From Phyllobates terribilis (lineage: Eukaryota): a DNA stretch of 64,000 nt. Shown here piece by piece: positions 48,301-63,140 of the stretch. Position 1 is the first letter of the stretch. The number at the start of each line of letters is the position of its first letter. Under the pieces are notes generated by a model, which saw only the letters and a program-made list of their open reading frames with translations, ran no database searches and was not told the origin of the DNA. The DNA is taken from positions 194,494,001 through 194,558,000 of the forward strand of contig NW_027362770.1 in the NCBI RefSeq assembly GCF_046119375.1. Direction: 5' to 3'. A program made the position numbers and the translations under genes.

Positions 48301-51300
48301 GGTGTATTATATCCCACATTACAGGTGGAGCAGACTGTGGTGTCTTATATCTCACATTACAGGTGGAGCAGACTGTGGTGTCTTATATCCCACATTACAG
48401 GAGGAGCAGACTGTGGTGTCTTATATCCCACATTACAGGAGGAGCAGACTGTGGTGTCTTATATCCTACATTACAGGAGGAGCAGACTGTGGTGTCTTAT
48501 ATCCCACATTACAGGAGGAGCAGACTGTAGTGTCTTATATCCCCACTGTACAGGTGGAGCAGACTGTGGTGTCTTATATCCCCACTGTACAGGTGGAGCA
48601 GACTGTGGTGTCTTATATCCCACATTACAGGAGGAGCAGACTGTGGTGTCTTATATCCCACATTACAGGAGGAGCAGACTGTGGTGTCTTATATCCCCAC
48701 TGTACAGGTGGAGCAGACTGTGGTGTCTTATATCCCACATTACAGGAGGAGCAGACTGTGGTGTCTTATATCCCACATTACAGGAGGAGCAGACTGTGGT
48801 GTCTTATATCCCACATTACAGGAGGAGCAGACTGTGGTGTCTTATATCCCACATTACAGGTGGAGCAGACTGTGGTGTTTTATATCCCACATTACAGGAG
48901 GAGCAGACTGTGGTGTTTTATATCCCACATTACAGGTGGAGCAGACTGTGGTGTTTTATATCCCACATTACAGGTGGAGCAGACTGTGGTGTCTTATATC
49001 CCACATTACAGGAGGAGCAGACTGTGGTGTCTTATATCCCACATTACAGGAGGAGCAGACTGTGGTGTCTTATATCCCACATTACAGGTGGAGCAGACTG
49101 TGGTGTCTTATATCCCACATTGCAGGAGGAGCAGACTGTGGTGTCTTATATCCCACATTGCAGGAGGAGCAGACTGTGGTGTATTATATCCCACATTACA
49201 GGAGGAGCAGACTGTGGTGTCTTATATCCCACATTACAGGAGGAGCAGACTGTGGTGTCTTATATCCCACATTACAGGAGGAGCAGACTGTGGTGTCTTA
49301 TATCCCACATTACAGGTGGAGCAGACTGTGGTGTCTTATATCCCACATTACAGGAGGAGCAGACTGTGGTGTCTTATATCCCACATTACAGGAGGAGCAG
49401 ACTGTGGTGTCTTATATCCCACATTACAGGAGGAGCAGACTGTGGTGTCTTATATCCCACATTACAGGAGGAGCAGACTGTGGTGTCTTATATCCCACAT
49501 TACAGGTGGAGCAGACTGTGGTGTCTTATATCCCACAGTACAGGTGGAGCAGACTGTGGTGTCTTATATCCCACATTACAGGAGGAGCAGACTGTGGTGT
49601 CTTATATCCCACATTACAGGGGGAGCAGACTGTGGTGTCTTATATCCCACATTACAGGAGGAGCAGACTGTGGTGTCTTATATCCCCACATTACAGGAGG
49701 AGCAGACTGTGGTGTCTTATATCCCACATTACAGGAGGAGCAGACTGTGGTGTCTTATATCCCACATTACAGGGGGAGCAGACTGTGGTGTCTTATATCC
49801 CCACATTACAGGAGGAGCAGACTGTGGTGTCTTATATCCCACATTACAGGGGGAGCAGACTGTGGTGTCTTATATCCCACATTACAGGAGGAGCAGACTG
49901 TGGTGTCTTATATCCCCACATTACAGGAGGAGCAGACTGTGGTGTCTTATATCCCACATTACAGGAGGAGCAGACTGTGGTGTCTTATATCCCCACATTA
50001 CAGGAGGAGCAGACTGTGGTGTCTTATATCCCACATTACAGGAGGAGCAGACTGTGGTGTCTTATATCCCCACATTACAGGAGGAGCAGACTGTGGTGTC
50101 TTATATCCCACATTACAGGAGGAGCAGACTGTGGTGTCTTATATCCCACATTACAGGAGGAGCAGACTGTGGTGTCTTATATCCCACATTACAGGAGGAG
50201 AAGACTGTGGTGTCTTATATCCCACATTACAGGAGGAGCAGACTGTGGTGTCATATCCCACATTACAGGTGGAGCAGACTGTGGTGTCTTATATCCCACA
50301 TTACAGGAGGAGCAGACTGTGGTGCCTTATATCCCACATTACAGGGGGAGCAGACTGTGGTGTCTTATATTCCACATTACAGGAGGAGCAGACTGTGGTG
50401 TCTTATATCCCACATTACAGGAGGAGTAGACTGGTGTTTTATATCCCACATTACAGGTGGAGCAGACTGTGGTGTATTATATCCCACATTACAGGTGGAG
50501 CAGACTGTGGTGTCTTATATCTCACATTACAGGTGGAGCAGACTGTGGTGTCTTATATCCCACATTACAGGAGGAGCAGACTGTGGTGTCTTATATCCCA
50601 CATTACAGGAGGAGCAGACTGTGGTGTCTTATATCCTACATTACAGGAGGAGCAGACTGTGGTGTCTTATATCCCACATTACAGGAGGAGCAGACTGTAG
50701 TGTCTTATATCCCCACTGTACAGGTGGAGCAGACTGTGGTGTCTTATATCCCCACTGTACAGGTGGAGCAGACTGTGGTGTCTTATATCCCACATTACAG
50801 GAGGAGCAGACTGTGGTGTCTTATATCCCACATTACAGGAGGAGCAGACTGTGGTGTCTTATATCCCCACTGTACAGGTGGAGCAGACTGTGGTGTCTTA
50901 TATCCCACATTACAGGAGGAGCAGACTGTGGTGTCTTATATCCCACATTACAGGGGGAGCAGACTGTGGTGTCTTATATCCCACATTACAGGAGGAGCAG
51001 ACTGTGGTGTATTATATCCCACATTACAGGTGGAGCAGACTGTGGTGTCTTATATTCCACATTACAGGGGGAGCAGACTGTGGTGTCTTATATCCCACAT
51101 TACAGGAGGAGCAGACTGTGGTGTTTTATATCCCACATTACAGGTGGAGCAGACTGTGGTGTTTTATATCCCACATTACAGGAGGAGCAGACTGTGGTGT
51201 CTTATATCCCACATTACAGGAGGAGCAGACTGTGGTGTCTTATATCCCACATTACAGGAGGAGCAGACTGTGGTGTCTTATATCCCACATTACAGGTGGA

Positions 51301-53113
51301 GCAGACTGTGGTGTCTTATATCCCACATTGCAGGAGGAGCAGACTGTGGTGTCTTATATCCCACATTGCAGGAGGAGCAGACTGTGGTGTATTATATCCC
51401 ACATTACAGGAGGAGCAGACTGTGGTGTCTTATATCCCACATTACAGGAGGAGCAGACTGTGGTGTCTTATATCCCCACTGTACAGGTGGAGCAGACTGT
51501 GGTGTCTTATATCCCACATTACAGGAGGAGCAGACTGTGGTGTCTTATATCCCACATTACAGGGGGAGCAGACTGTGGTGTCTTATATCCCACATTACAG
51601 GAGGAGCAGACTGTGGTGTATTATATCCCACATTACAGGTGGAGCAGACTGTGGTGTCTTATATTCCACATTACAGGGGGAGCAGACTGTGGTGTCTTAT
51701 ATCCCACATTACAGGAGGAGCAGACTGTGGTGTTTTATATCCCACATTACAGGTGGAGCAGACTGTGGTGTTTTATATCCCACATTACAGGTGGAGCAGA
51801 CTGTGGTGTATTATATTCCACATTACAGGAGGAGCAGACTGTGGTGTCTTATATCCCACATTACAGGAGGAGCAGACTGTGGTGTCTTATATCCCACATT
51901 ACAGGAGGAGCAGACTGTGGTGTCTTATATCCCACATTACAGGTGGAGCAGACTGTGGTGTCTTATATCCCACATTGCAGGAGGAGCAGACTGTGGTGTC
52001 TTATATCCCACATTACAGGAGGAGCAGACTGTGGTGTATTATATCCCACATTACAGGAGGAGCAGACTGTGGTGTCTTATATCCCACATTACAGGAGGAG
52101 CAGACTGTGGTGTCTTATATCCCACATTACAGGAGGAGCAGACTGTGGTGTCTTATATCCCACATTACAGGAGGAGCAGACTGTGGTGTCTTATATCCCA
52201 CATTACAGGAGGAGCAGACTGTGGTGTCTTATATCCCACATTACAGGAGGAGCAGACTGTGGTGTCTTATATCCCACATTACAGGTGGAGCAGACTGTGG
52301 TGTCTTATATCCCACATTACAGGTGGAGCAGACTGTGGTGTCTTATATCCCCACAGTACAGGAGGAGCAGACTGTGGTGTCTTATATCCCACATTACAGG
52401 TGGAGCAGCCTGTGGTGTCTTCTATCCCACATTACAGGTGGAGCAGCCTGTGGTGTCTTCTATCCCCACATTACAGGAGGAGCAGACTGTGGTGTCTTCT
52501 ATCCCCACATTACAGGTGGAGCAGACTGTGGTGTCTTATATCCCACATTACAGGAGGAGCAGACTGTGGTGTCTTATATCCCACATTACAGGGGGAGCAG
52601 ACTGTGGTGTCTTATATCCCACATTACAGGAGGAGCAGACTGTGGTGTCTTATATCCCACATTGCAGGAGGAGCAGACTGTGGTGTCTTATATCCCACAG
52701 TACAGGTGGAGCAGACTGTGGTGTCTTATATCTCACATTACAGGTGGAGCAGACTGTGGTGTCTTATATCCCACATTACAGGTGGAGCAGACTGTGGTGT
52801 CTTATATCCCACATTACAGGTGGAGCAGACTGTGGTGTCTTATATCCCACAGTACAGGAGGAGCAGACTGTGGTGTCCCACAGTACAGGAGGAGCAGACT
52901 GTGGTGTCCCACATTACAGGTGAAGCAGACTGTGGTGTCCCACATTACAGGTGAAGCAGACTGTGGTGTCCCACATTACAGGTGAAGCAGACTGTGGTGT
53001 CCCACATTACAGGTGAAGCAGACTGTGGTGTCCCACATTACAGGTGAAGCAGACTGTGGTGTCCCACATTACAGGTGAAGCAGACTGTGGTATCTCATTC
53101 TCACATTACAGGT
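27351..53113 (+). repeat. Satellite array F, 38 bp unit CCCACATTACAGG(A/T)GGAGCAGACTGTGGTGTCTTATAT, ~680 copies, ~25.8 kb, with clusters of a 31 bp variant
   Basis: Direct tandem periodicity; three units = 114 bp = the 38-aa repeat seen in all long plus-strand ORFs. Confidence 0.99.
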
Positions 53114-53602
53114 AAAAAAAAAAAGAACTGGAATCAATAGATACATGGCTACGGTAGCCGAGACAGCGCACTCCTTTACTTCGATAGAGGACAGTGTTGC
53201 TGCGGTTCTGTTGTGGCGCCACTAGATGTCTCTGCATGGACGATTCTGGGAGATCACCGGGAGGGGAATTAAGTTACCGGTTATTAGGAGGCTGCAGCTG
53301 ATGGCGGGAGGGGGCTCTGACGTCACAGATCTGTAGCAGCGATTCCGCTCTGTGAGGGGATCAGAATGTCCGGGTCATTGTCTGAATCCAGACCGGAGGA
53401 TCATCCTGTCCGCGGATAGCGCCGCCTCACCGAACAATGAGTCTAGTGCGGTCCCCCGACCAGTTTCACACAGATCGTACAGACCTGTGCATATATCGGG
53501 GATCAATCTGACGGGCGACCACAACAGAGAATAAAATGGGAACACACAGTCCGCTCAGACACCCGAGATAGCGGCGCCGGCTCTTGTGGTGACGGTGTGG
53601 GT

Positions 53603-53618
53603 GGCTCTTAGAAGAGCC
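53603..53618 (-). terminator. Histone 3' stem-loop of H2A (GGCTCT-TCTA-AGAGCC) followed by purine-rich HDE ACAAGAGC
   Basis: Six-bp stem, 4-nt loop with U at positions 1 and 3, ACCCA 3' flank. Confidence 0.92.
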
Positions 53619-53655
53619 TTTGGTTGTGTGGATGATACAGGATCGGCTGCAGCGC

Positions 53656-54767
<1,112 letters not shown>

Positions 54768-54792
54768 TCTGCTGCTCCGCCATCACCCCGAA

Positions 54793-54808
54793 GGCTCTTC
54801 TAAGAGCC
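54793..54808 (+). terminator. Histone 3' stem-loop of H2B (GGCTCT-TCTA-AGAGCC) plus HDE ACAAGAGCTG
   Basis: Canonical stem 25 nt after the stop codon. Confidence 0.92.
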
Positions 54809-55849
54809 GCCCACACCCTCACTACAAGAGCTGCTGCTTCTGTATTTTCTGACCGGCACCTCCTGTGCACAGGTGTGATATTGATTGATGATGAATGATA
54901 TGATGTTGATTGAGATTGATGATATAAATGGTTTTCTATATGGGATAATGGGGACCGATGTATCACAGGTAACTTCACTGACTCCCATCTGACCTAGTGT
55001 AAATGGCTCCAGTGGTCTGATCTGACACTACATGGAGACCCCTAAATTGGAATTACACAGATAACCCGTATATATGAGCAGCGCGATGTGGCGTCCGCAC
55101 AGATCACGTGTGAGCGAATATAAATTAAGACCGCGGTTGTTCTAGCAGGGAGGAGCCCGGTGTGCGGAGCGTTTGTGACTGATATCCAGCAGGAGCATCT
55201 GCAGTGGGGAGTTAAACAGGCGGAAATCGTCATTGGAGTTTTGTGGGTTCCTGTGGACAGTTTGGTTGCGGTCACCGAACCGTTGGTTGATGGAGACAAC
55301 CAGTTAACTCATTCAGTGCTAAAATAATTTCAGTTGTGACTTCGTTATTCTGAGCGGAGCTCTGCACGTTCTCGCTGATTTTCCTCTGATGTTAAACCGC
55401 ATTTGTTCTCTGATAGATGATGATCTCCCAGAGTGCTTTATTTCCTGGTCTGAATCTCACATCATTAATGGAGAAGCCATACATTAATCAGGCCACCATC
55501 TAGTCTATACATATAACAGGAGAGGAGCCGCCGCCTATGTCGTCTTCTGTATGTTCCTTGCCGCCACCTTTACCCCGCAGAGCTGTATTCTATTTCTGTA
55601 CCCACATATATAATTGAGCTGCTGATAATCCGTGTCTGGGTGCTGGTCTCAGTGTCAGGATGGGGGGAGGGGTGTGATTGGGTGATAATGCGGGAGCTGC
55701 ACAGTACAGCGCCGTGTACACGGGGACTTGGCAGTGCAGTTACATCGGCGGCCGCTGCTCCAGAAGCCGCATGTGAGAGATGATGAGACCTGATTTCTGT
55801 ATTACAGAAGCCGGAAATGAGTGAAGGAGGGAACACAGGGGGCGGAGTT

Positions 55850-56037
55850 ACTGGACGGGAGGCGGTGCTACTTAACGATCATTGGTCAAACTTATCAGTT
55901 GTTTATTGGTCTCTTTTTTTCATGAATGAACCAATGGGGTGCAGGGGGCGTGTTTCCCGTAGACCGATGAGGACGCGCAGACGAGCATAAATACCCTGCT
56001 CCCGCCGCTCCGCTCATCACATCTGTACTCGTGTATA
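55850..56037 (+). promoter_or_regulatory. Native H3 promoter and proximal 5' UTR, displaced from the CDS
   Basis: Inverted CCAAT at 55881 and 55905, CCAAT at 55931, TATA-like CATAAATA 55986-55993, cap-site-like CTCATCAC about 25 nt later; no other CDS follows. Confidence 0.7.
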
Positions 56038-57528
<1,491 letters not shown>

Positions 57529-57556
57529 ATCTTCCGGGCACCGAGGACAACACAAA

Positions 57557-57572
57557 GGCTCTTTTCAGAGCC
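57557..57572 (+). terminator. Histone 3' stem-loop of H3 (GGCTCT-TTTC-AGAGCC) with HDE AAACGAGCTG
   Basis: Canonical stem-loop with ACCA 3' flank. Confidence 0.93.
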
Positions 57573-57806
57573 ACCAAATCCTCCCGCAAACGAGCTGATT
57601 CCTGCACTGATTCTGCGCTTACTATCAGTATCCGGAGCTGTCACTCACTTATATACTGCGGCTGCGGTTATCCTGTGCTCCCTGTTACCGCACTGATTAC
57701 ATTTATTACTGACACAATCTGCACATGTTCCCAAATGGGTGAGATCCAATTGTATTGTGCTCACGCGGCTGCTGAGGTGAAAGGAAGACAAATCCATCAA
57801 TCGGCT

Positions 57807-57808
<2 letters not shown>

Positions 57809-57845
<37 letters not shown>

Positions 57846-57881
57846 CGGTTGGGGGGGGGGTGCAGTGTGTGTGTGTGTGTG
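57809..57881. repeat. (TG)n microsatellite, ~17 units plus a second shorter run
   Basis: Direct reading. Confidence 0.95.
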
Positions 57882-58469
57882 GGGGGGTTATTCATATTTC
57901 TCGGTCGATCACGGATCTGTTGGTGATTTTGAGTTTCTCGCTCAGTCGCTGCTCGCGCTCCGGAGGATCATTACCGGTCACTGCAGAGAGGAGAGATCAC
58001 TGACGTCATCACTGATGGGGCACCACATCCCTCCCCCGCGCTGGGTCTTAGTGCCTTCTGACCCCAGCGTCTTGCTGGTTATAGGCGGATGGGCTGTTAA
58101 CTCTTTCACTTCTCTGCTTTTTAATCTTGATCCGTTCTCATCTTGGAGGCACAGATCGGGTCATAGTGAGATGTAGAACGTGCGCGGTATATCGGGGATA
58201 CAGAGGAGCTGTATTTAGAGAGAAATGTTCGCCCTCTCCACAAATACAGTCCTCTTCTGGAGCACCGAGAGATAAGATTCCGGCCAGTGAAGTTCTCCGC
58301 TTATAACGACGTCTCGCTGCTTCATCCTGTGCAAACTACAACCTGACACAGAGCAGAATATTCAGCATTTTCTTCTGCTCCAAGTCCAGATCCTGTCCCC
58401 CTTCATGGAGTCACTTGTGCCCAATCTGGGCATGACAACCACAGGGGTTTCCTGTAGACTCTGGATCCT

Positions 58470-58743
58470 CATGTCAACCCATCAGTGACCCGCGATCATG
58501 TGATGGGGTCACCGATGGGAGGGGTAAGTGATGAGCACCCTGTTTGCGCGAGTTAACTGCCGCTGTCAGAGATTGAGAGCGGCATTTAACTAGTTAACAG
58601 GTGCGGGTCGGTCGCGATTCCACCCGCGGCTGTTGTGGGCCCATGTCAGCTGTATACATCAGCTGACATATGCTGGAGCCCGCACTGAACCGGGGTTTAT
58701 GACGTGGTGCGTACTATTACGTACCACGTCATGAAGGGGTTAA
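58470..58743 (-). mobile_element. One end of a piggyBac-like non-autonomous element
   Basis: Ends ...GTCATGAAGGGG|TTAA (TTAACCCCTT on minus) with a subterminal hairpin ATGACGTGGT..ACCACGTCAT; the other end is not identifiable. Confidence 0.45.
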
Positions 58744-59424
58744 TAAAGTTTTCTGTCTGACTAGTTATAGGTCTCTACTAGTGTTGAGCGAACATGCTCG
58801 ACACTGCTAGGTACTCGCCCGAGCATATCACTACTCGGGTCGTTCGGCGAGCACCGAGCATTTCCGGGTTACTCGGGCGGGAGCTCGGGTCTCCACCCTG
58901 CATGTTTGGCGCTCTTTACAGAGCCAATGAACATGCCGGGATTGCCAGCGAGTCACTGTAATGCTGCAGCCATGTTGGTTGTGGGCATTACAGTGATTGG
59001 CGGGCCGCACAGCGTCACCTCGAGTATTTAAAACCGGGAGCCGCCATCTTGGACACAGTCACTCCGGATCAGACAGTGTAGGGAAAGCGCTGCTGATTTA
59101 GGGAGAGATATAAACTGCGAAATAGTTAGTGTAGGGTCTGTAAAGGCTGCCAGATCAAACAAACAGTCCTTCTCAGGACTAATATCCATCCCAGATATCA
59201 GGCAGGCAGGCAGGCAGGCTGTATAGGAGACGCAGTGGTTATACCAGCAAACGCTGCATTACAGTCCTGTGTGCTGCTCCTGTTGCTGAAATTGCTGGAC
59301 TTAGCTCCAGGTCTCAGGGGCCAGGAAAAATCCTTTTTTTTCATCTAAATCCTCTTCTTTTTTTTTCCTCCTTCACACACCCCCCCCCCCCCCCAAAAAA
59401 AAAAGCGTGTCTCTGATTTTTCAG

Positions 59425-60228
59425 ACACAAATATATCTGTTGAAAATAGTCTTGTGTAGGCCCGACATCCCAGTGTGGTTTCGCAGTTCCACGGGTCAAA
59501 TCGCTGTACTATCCAGTTTTGGGCCTTTTGGTATCTAAAAAAAAAGCAGTTTGAGTGTGTCACTCACTGTTCAGCCGCAAATATCTCTATTTAAAAAAGT
59601 GTGGTATACCCCAGTAAACAATAACTGTGGTTTTGCCATCCCACGGTAAAAAATCTCTATTATTCAGCTTTTGGTAGTTTTTTCCGTAAAGAAAAACAGT
59701 AGTGTCTCCTGACTGTTGTGACACAAAAATATATCTGTTGAAAATAGTCTTGTGTAGGCCCGACATCCCAGTGTGGTTTCGCAGTTCCACGGGTCAAATC
59801 GCTGTACTATCCAGTTTTGGGCCTTTTGGTATCTAAAAAAAAAGCAGTTTGAGTGTGTCACTCACTGTTCAGCCGCAAATATCTCTATTTAAAAAAGTGT
59901 GGTATACCCCAGTAAACAATAACTGTGGTTTTGCCATCCCACGGTAAAAAATCTCTATTATTCAGCTTTTGGTAGTTTTTTCCGTAAAGAAAAACAGTAG
60001 TGTCTCCTGACTGTTGTGACACAAAAATATATCTGTTGAAAATAGTCTTGTGTAGGCCCGACATCCCAGTGTGGTTTCGCAGTTCCACGGGTCAAATCGC
60101 TGTACTATCCAGTTTTGGGCCTTTGGTATCTAAAAAAAAAGCAGTTTGAGTGTGTCGCTCACTGTTCAGCCGCAAATATCTCTATTTAAAAAAGTGTGGT
60201 ATACCCCAGTAAACAATAACTGTGGTTT
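59425..60228 (+). repeat. 298-bp tandem repeat, ~2.7 near-identical copies, inside the hAT 5' region
   Basis: ATATATCTGTTGAAAATAG recurs at 59431, 59729 and 60027. Confidence 0.93.
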
Positions 60229-60310
60229 TCCTCTTCCACGGTTCTAATCTACTCTTTATTACCCTTTTTCCATTGATAGTGCAAGTGTAAGCTATTTTAC
60301 TTCATTTACA

Positions 60311-62514
60311 ATGGGCAAGGCGCGTGGCAAGGGACGTGGAAGTGGACGTTCTGGTGATGGTTCGTGCAGAGGACGGGGCCGTGGCCAAGGTGAAAATGTG
60401 CCACAACCAACAGCCACATCTTCTCGCTCCCACTTCTTGACCGAATTACTAGGGAAGCACAGAACAACACCAGTATTGAGAACTGATCAGTGTGAACAGG
60501 TTATTAATTGGATAGCAGACAATACTTCCAGTTACCTGGGTACCACCACCTCCGGTCTGTCTTCCACACGGTCAACTCTTAGTAGCCGTGAGTCTCGACC
60601 GCATACTCCTCCTCACCCTGATGCTCCTTCCTCCCACCATGCTGAGTGTCGTCAGACAGCAAGTGATCCCACACTTGGACACTCTGAAGAGCTGTTCACT
60701 GGTCCATTTCCAGATTTGGGCCCCTCGCCTGATACGCTTGAAGTGGTGGAAGAGGATATCCCATGTTGCGATGCCCAAATATTTGAACAGCCACGGCCAC
60801 AGGAAGTCGACGTTGGCAATCTGTCACAAGAGGTGGACGATGACGAGACACAATTGCCAGGAAGTGAGGAGGAGGATCGTGGTGCGCAAGTGGAAGATGA
60901 AGAGGTGGTGGATGATCTAGTAACTGACCCAACGTGGAAGGAGGACATGCAGAGTGAGGCCAGCAGCACACAGGGGGAGGGAGGCAGAGTACCCCAACAG
61001 GCAGGAAGAAGCAGTGTGGTGGCCGCAGACTGAAGGCAGGCAACCGTTCCCCATAACACCAACACGAGGGACGTTGCCAGTACAAGCGGTAGGTCTTCCA
61101 GAGTCTGGAATTTTTTTAAAGACTCTGCTGATAACCCCAAAAAGGCCATATGTTCCACCTGCCATGCCGGCATCAGCAGGGGTGACAAAACTACCAGCCT
61201 GACCACCACCAGCATAATCAGGCACATGGCAGCAAAGCACCCGACTTTGTGGGGCGAATCCCAGGGTCCACGACCAGTGTCAGCGAGTGTCACCACTGCT
61301 TCTTCCGCTGTTGTGCATGCAATAGAACCCCCTCTTGTGTGTGCAAGGCAATCCCCTGTCCATACTGCATATAAAGATGCCCCCTCCTCTCAGTCTTCAC
61401 TTGTTATGGCAGTTTCTCAAGAAACAGCATCAACGTCCACGTCCCATCGCAGCGTTCAGTTGTCCATATCCCAGACCTTTGAACGAAAGCGGAAATTCGC
61501 AGCTAACGCCCCACAGGACACAGTCCTAAATTCGCACATTTCACGACTGCTTGCATTGGAAATGCTGCCTTTTAGGCTGGTGGAGACGGAATCCTTCCGC
61601 AATCTTATGGCGGTGGCCGTCCCTCGGTACTCGGTCCCCAGCCGACACTATTTTGCCCGGTGTGCCATCCCCGCACTACACAAGCACATGTCCCAAAGCA
61701 TCTGCCGTGCCCTCAACAACGCAGTTACTGGGAGAGTCCACCTGACAACGGACACGTGGACAAGTGCTTGTGGCCAGGGACGGTACATCTCTCTGACGGC
61801 ACACTGGGTAAACATAGTGGAAGCCGGGACCCAGTCGGACCTTGGGACGGAACACATCCTCCCCACACCGAGGATTGAGGGCCCTATGTCAGTCAGAGTT
61901 GCCCCCACAGTGTACAGCTCCTGCGCATCCTCCTCCTCCTCCTCATGTTCAGCCTCCATCTCAGATATCACCACATCAGTTACAAGCTGGAAGCACTGCA
62001 GTACTGCCTCCGCCAAGCGGCAACAGGCTGTGCTGAAACTCATAAGCTTAGGTGATAAACCTCACACTGCTTGTGAGTTGTGGACAGCTGTGAAAGAGCA
62101 GGCAGATCTGTGGCTGAGACCGCTGAACCTACATCCCGGCATGGTCGTGTGTGACAATGGCCGTAACCTGGTGACAGCTCTGAGGCGAGGTGAGATCACA
62201 CACTTACCATGCCTGGCTCATGTGCTTAACCTCGTGGTTCAGCGGTTTCTTAAATCGTACCCCGAGTTGCCAGATCTGCTCGTGAAAGTACGCCGCCTGT
62301 CAGCTCATTTTCGCAAGTCGGCTACAGCTTCCGCCGCCCTTGCTGTTTTGCAGCAGCGTTTGCAGCTTCCGGCTCACCGACTGGTGTGTGATGTCCCCAC
62401 ACGTTGGAACTCTACCCTCCACATGTTGCAAAGGATTTGTGAGCAGAAGAGAGCAGTTGTGGAGTACCAGCTGCAACAAGGCCGTCGATATTCAGGTCAG
62501 ACTCCACACATAAG
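60311..62514 (+). pseudogene. hAT transposase with BED zinc finger; in-frame TGA at 61031-61033 and truncation by LTR insertion
   Basis: Track ORFs 60311 and 61226 share a frame; reading through the stop gives VWNFFK..AICSTCH..IIRHMAAKH (BED). Further motifs: LPFRLVE..PSRHYF, TTDTWTS..YISLTAHW, VCDNGRNL, CLAHVLNLVV, DVPTRWNST. Confidence 0.9.
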
Positions 62515-63140
62515 TGTCACGCTGTCTCTGTATACTGGAGGTAGGGGGCCTAAGCTGACCCTAAGCTGGGGCCCTGACTAATCCCTCAACCTGGAGGTAC
62601 TGTTAAAGGTACAGAGGTCCAGGCCGCCAGCGTAACCCCTACCTCCTGAGGATCCCTGCACCTAAGTAATCTAGTCCTGAGAAGGACCCCGATCACAACA
62701 AAAGGGGACAAGTAATAATATGCCCACACACAGTACTTAGATGAACGAGACAGTACAAGGGAAAAACCAAAACCACCTTGCATACAAAAACTACACAACT
62801 ACAACAGAGGGAACACCAACGGGAAAGGAGATAAATGATAAAGCGAGGAAGGGAAAAAACTCTCCGAATACACTTATCTCTGAAACTCCAAATACCACGA
62901 TCCGCTCTGTTAGTCTGCATGAAATGCTTTCACCGACACTTCCCTAACAGACCAGCAGGCATTTGAAGGAGTCTCACTACAGCAGCATTGATTGCAGCTG
63001 GGCGAGGCTGGACCTCGTCTAGCACAGAGAGAGAGAGAATTAACTCCCTCACTGCCGAAAAACACAAAGCACCAAAAAGTCAGCTGCGAGAAGTCAGGCT
63101 GTGTAATCGTGACGATCTTCGTGGCGACACACCCGTGACA
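62515..63140 (-). mobile_element. 3' LTR (626 bp) of a Gypsy retrotransposon
   Basis: TGTCACG...CGTGACA inverted termini; preceded on the minus strand by polypurine tract AGAAGGGGGGGTAC (63154-63141). Confidence 0.9.

Larger units (their letters stand above)
58779..62514 (+). mobile_element. hAT DNA transposon, 5' portion, interrupted by a Gypsy element
   Basis: Terminal TAGTGTTGAGCGAA followed by many CTCG/CGAG subterminal motifs; candidate 8-bp TSD GTCTCTAC (58771-58778); downstream hAT transposase frame. Confidence 0.8.

Noticed and set aside
24729-53113. Shared CATTACAGG word in arrays E and F, and likeness of CAGGTGGAGCAG to the Jeffreys/Chi-like minisatellite core
   Set aside because: Matches are too short to separate from chance without statistics.
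27351-53113. Array F as a CRISPR array, or as a zinc-finger gene (HITGEADC resembles the HTGEK linker)
   Set aside because: Units are contiguous with no unique spacers and no cas genes in a vertebrate context; there is no C2H2 Cys/His spacing.
54850-55800. Search for U7 snRNA, tRNA, H4 or H1 in the H2B-H3 spacer
   Set aside because: No recognisable motif found by eye; a covariance-model search (Infernal, tRNAscan-SE) would be decisive.
60311-62581. The two hAT ORFs as a domesticated ZBED host gene
   Set aside because: Premature stop, LTR disruption and a retained terminal repeat indicate a dead transposon copy.
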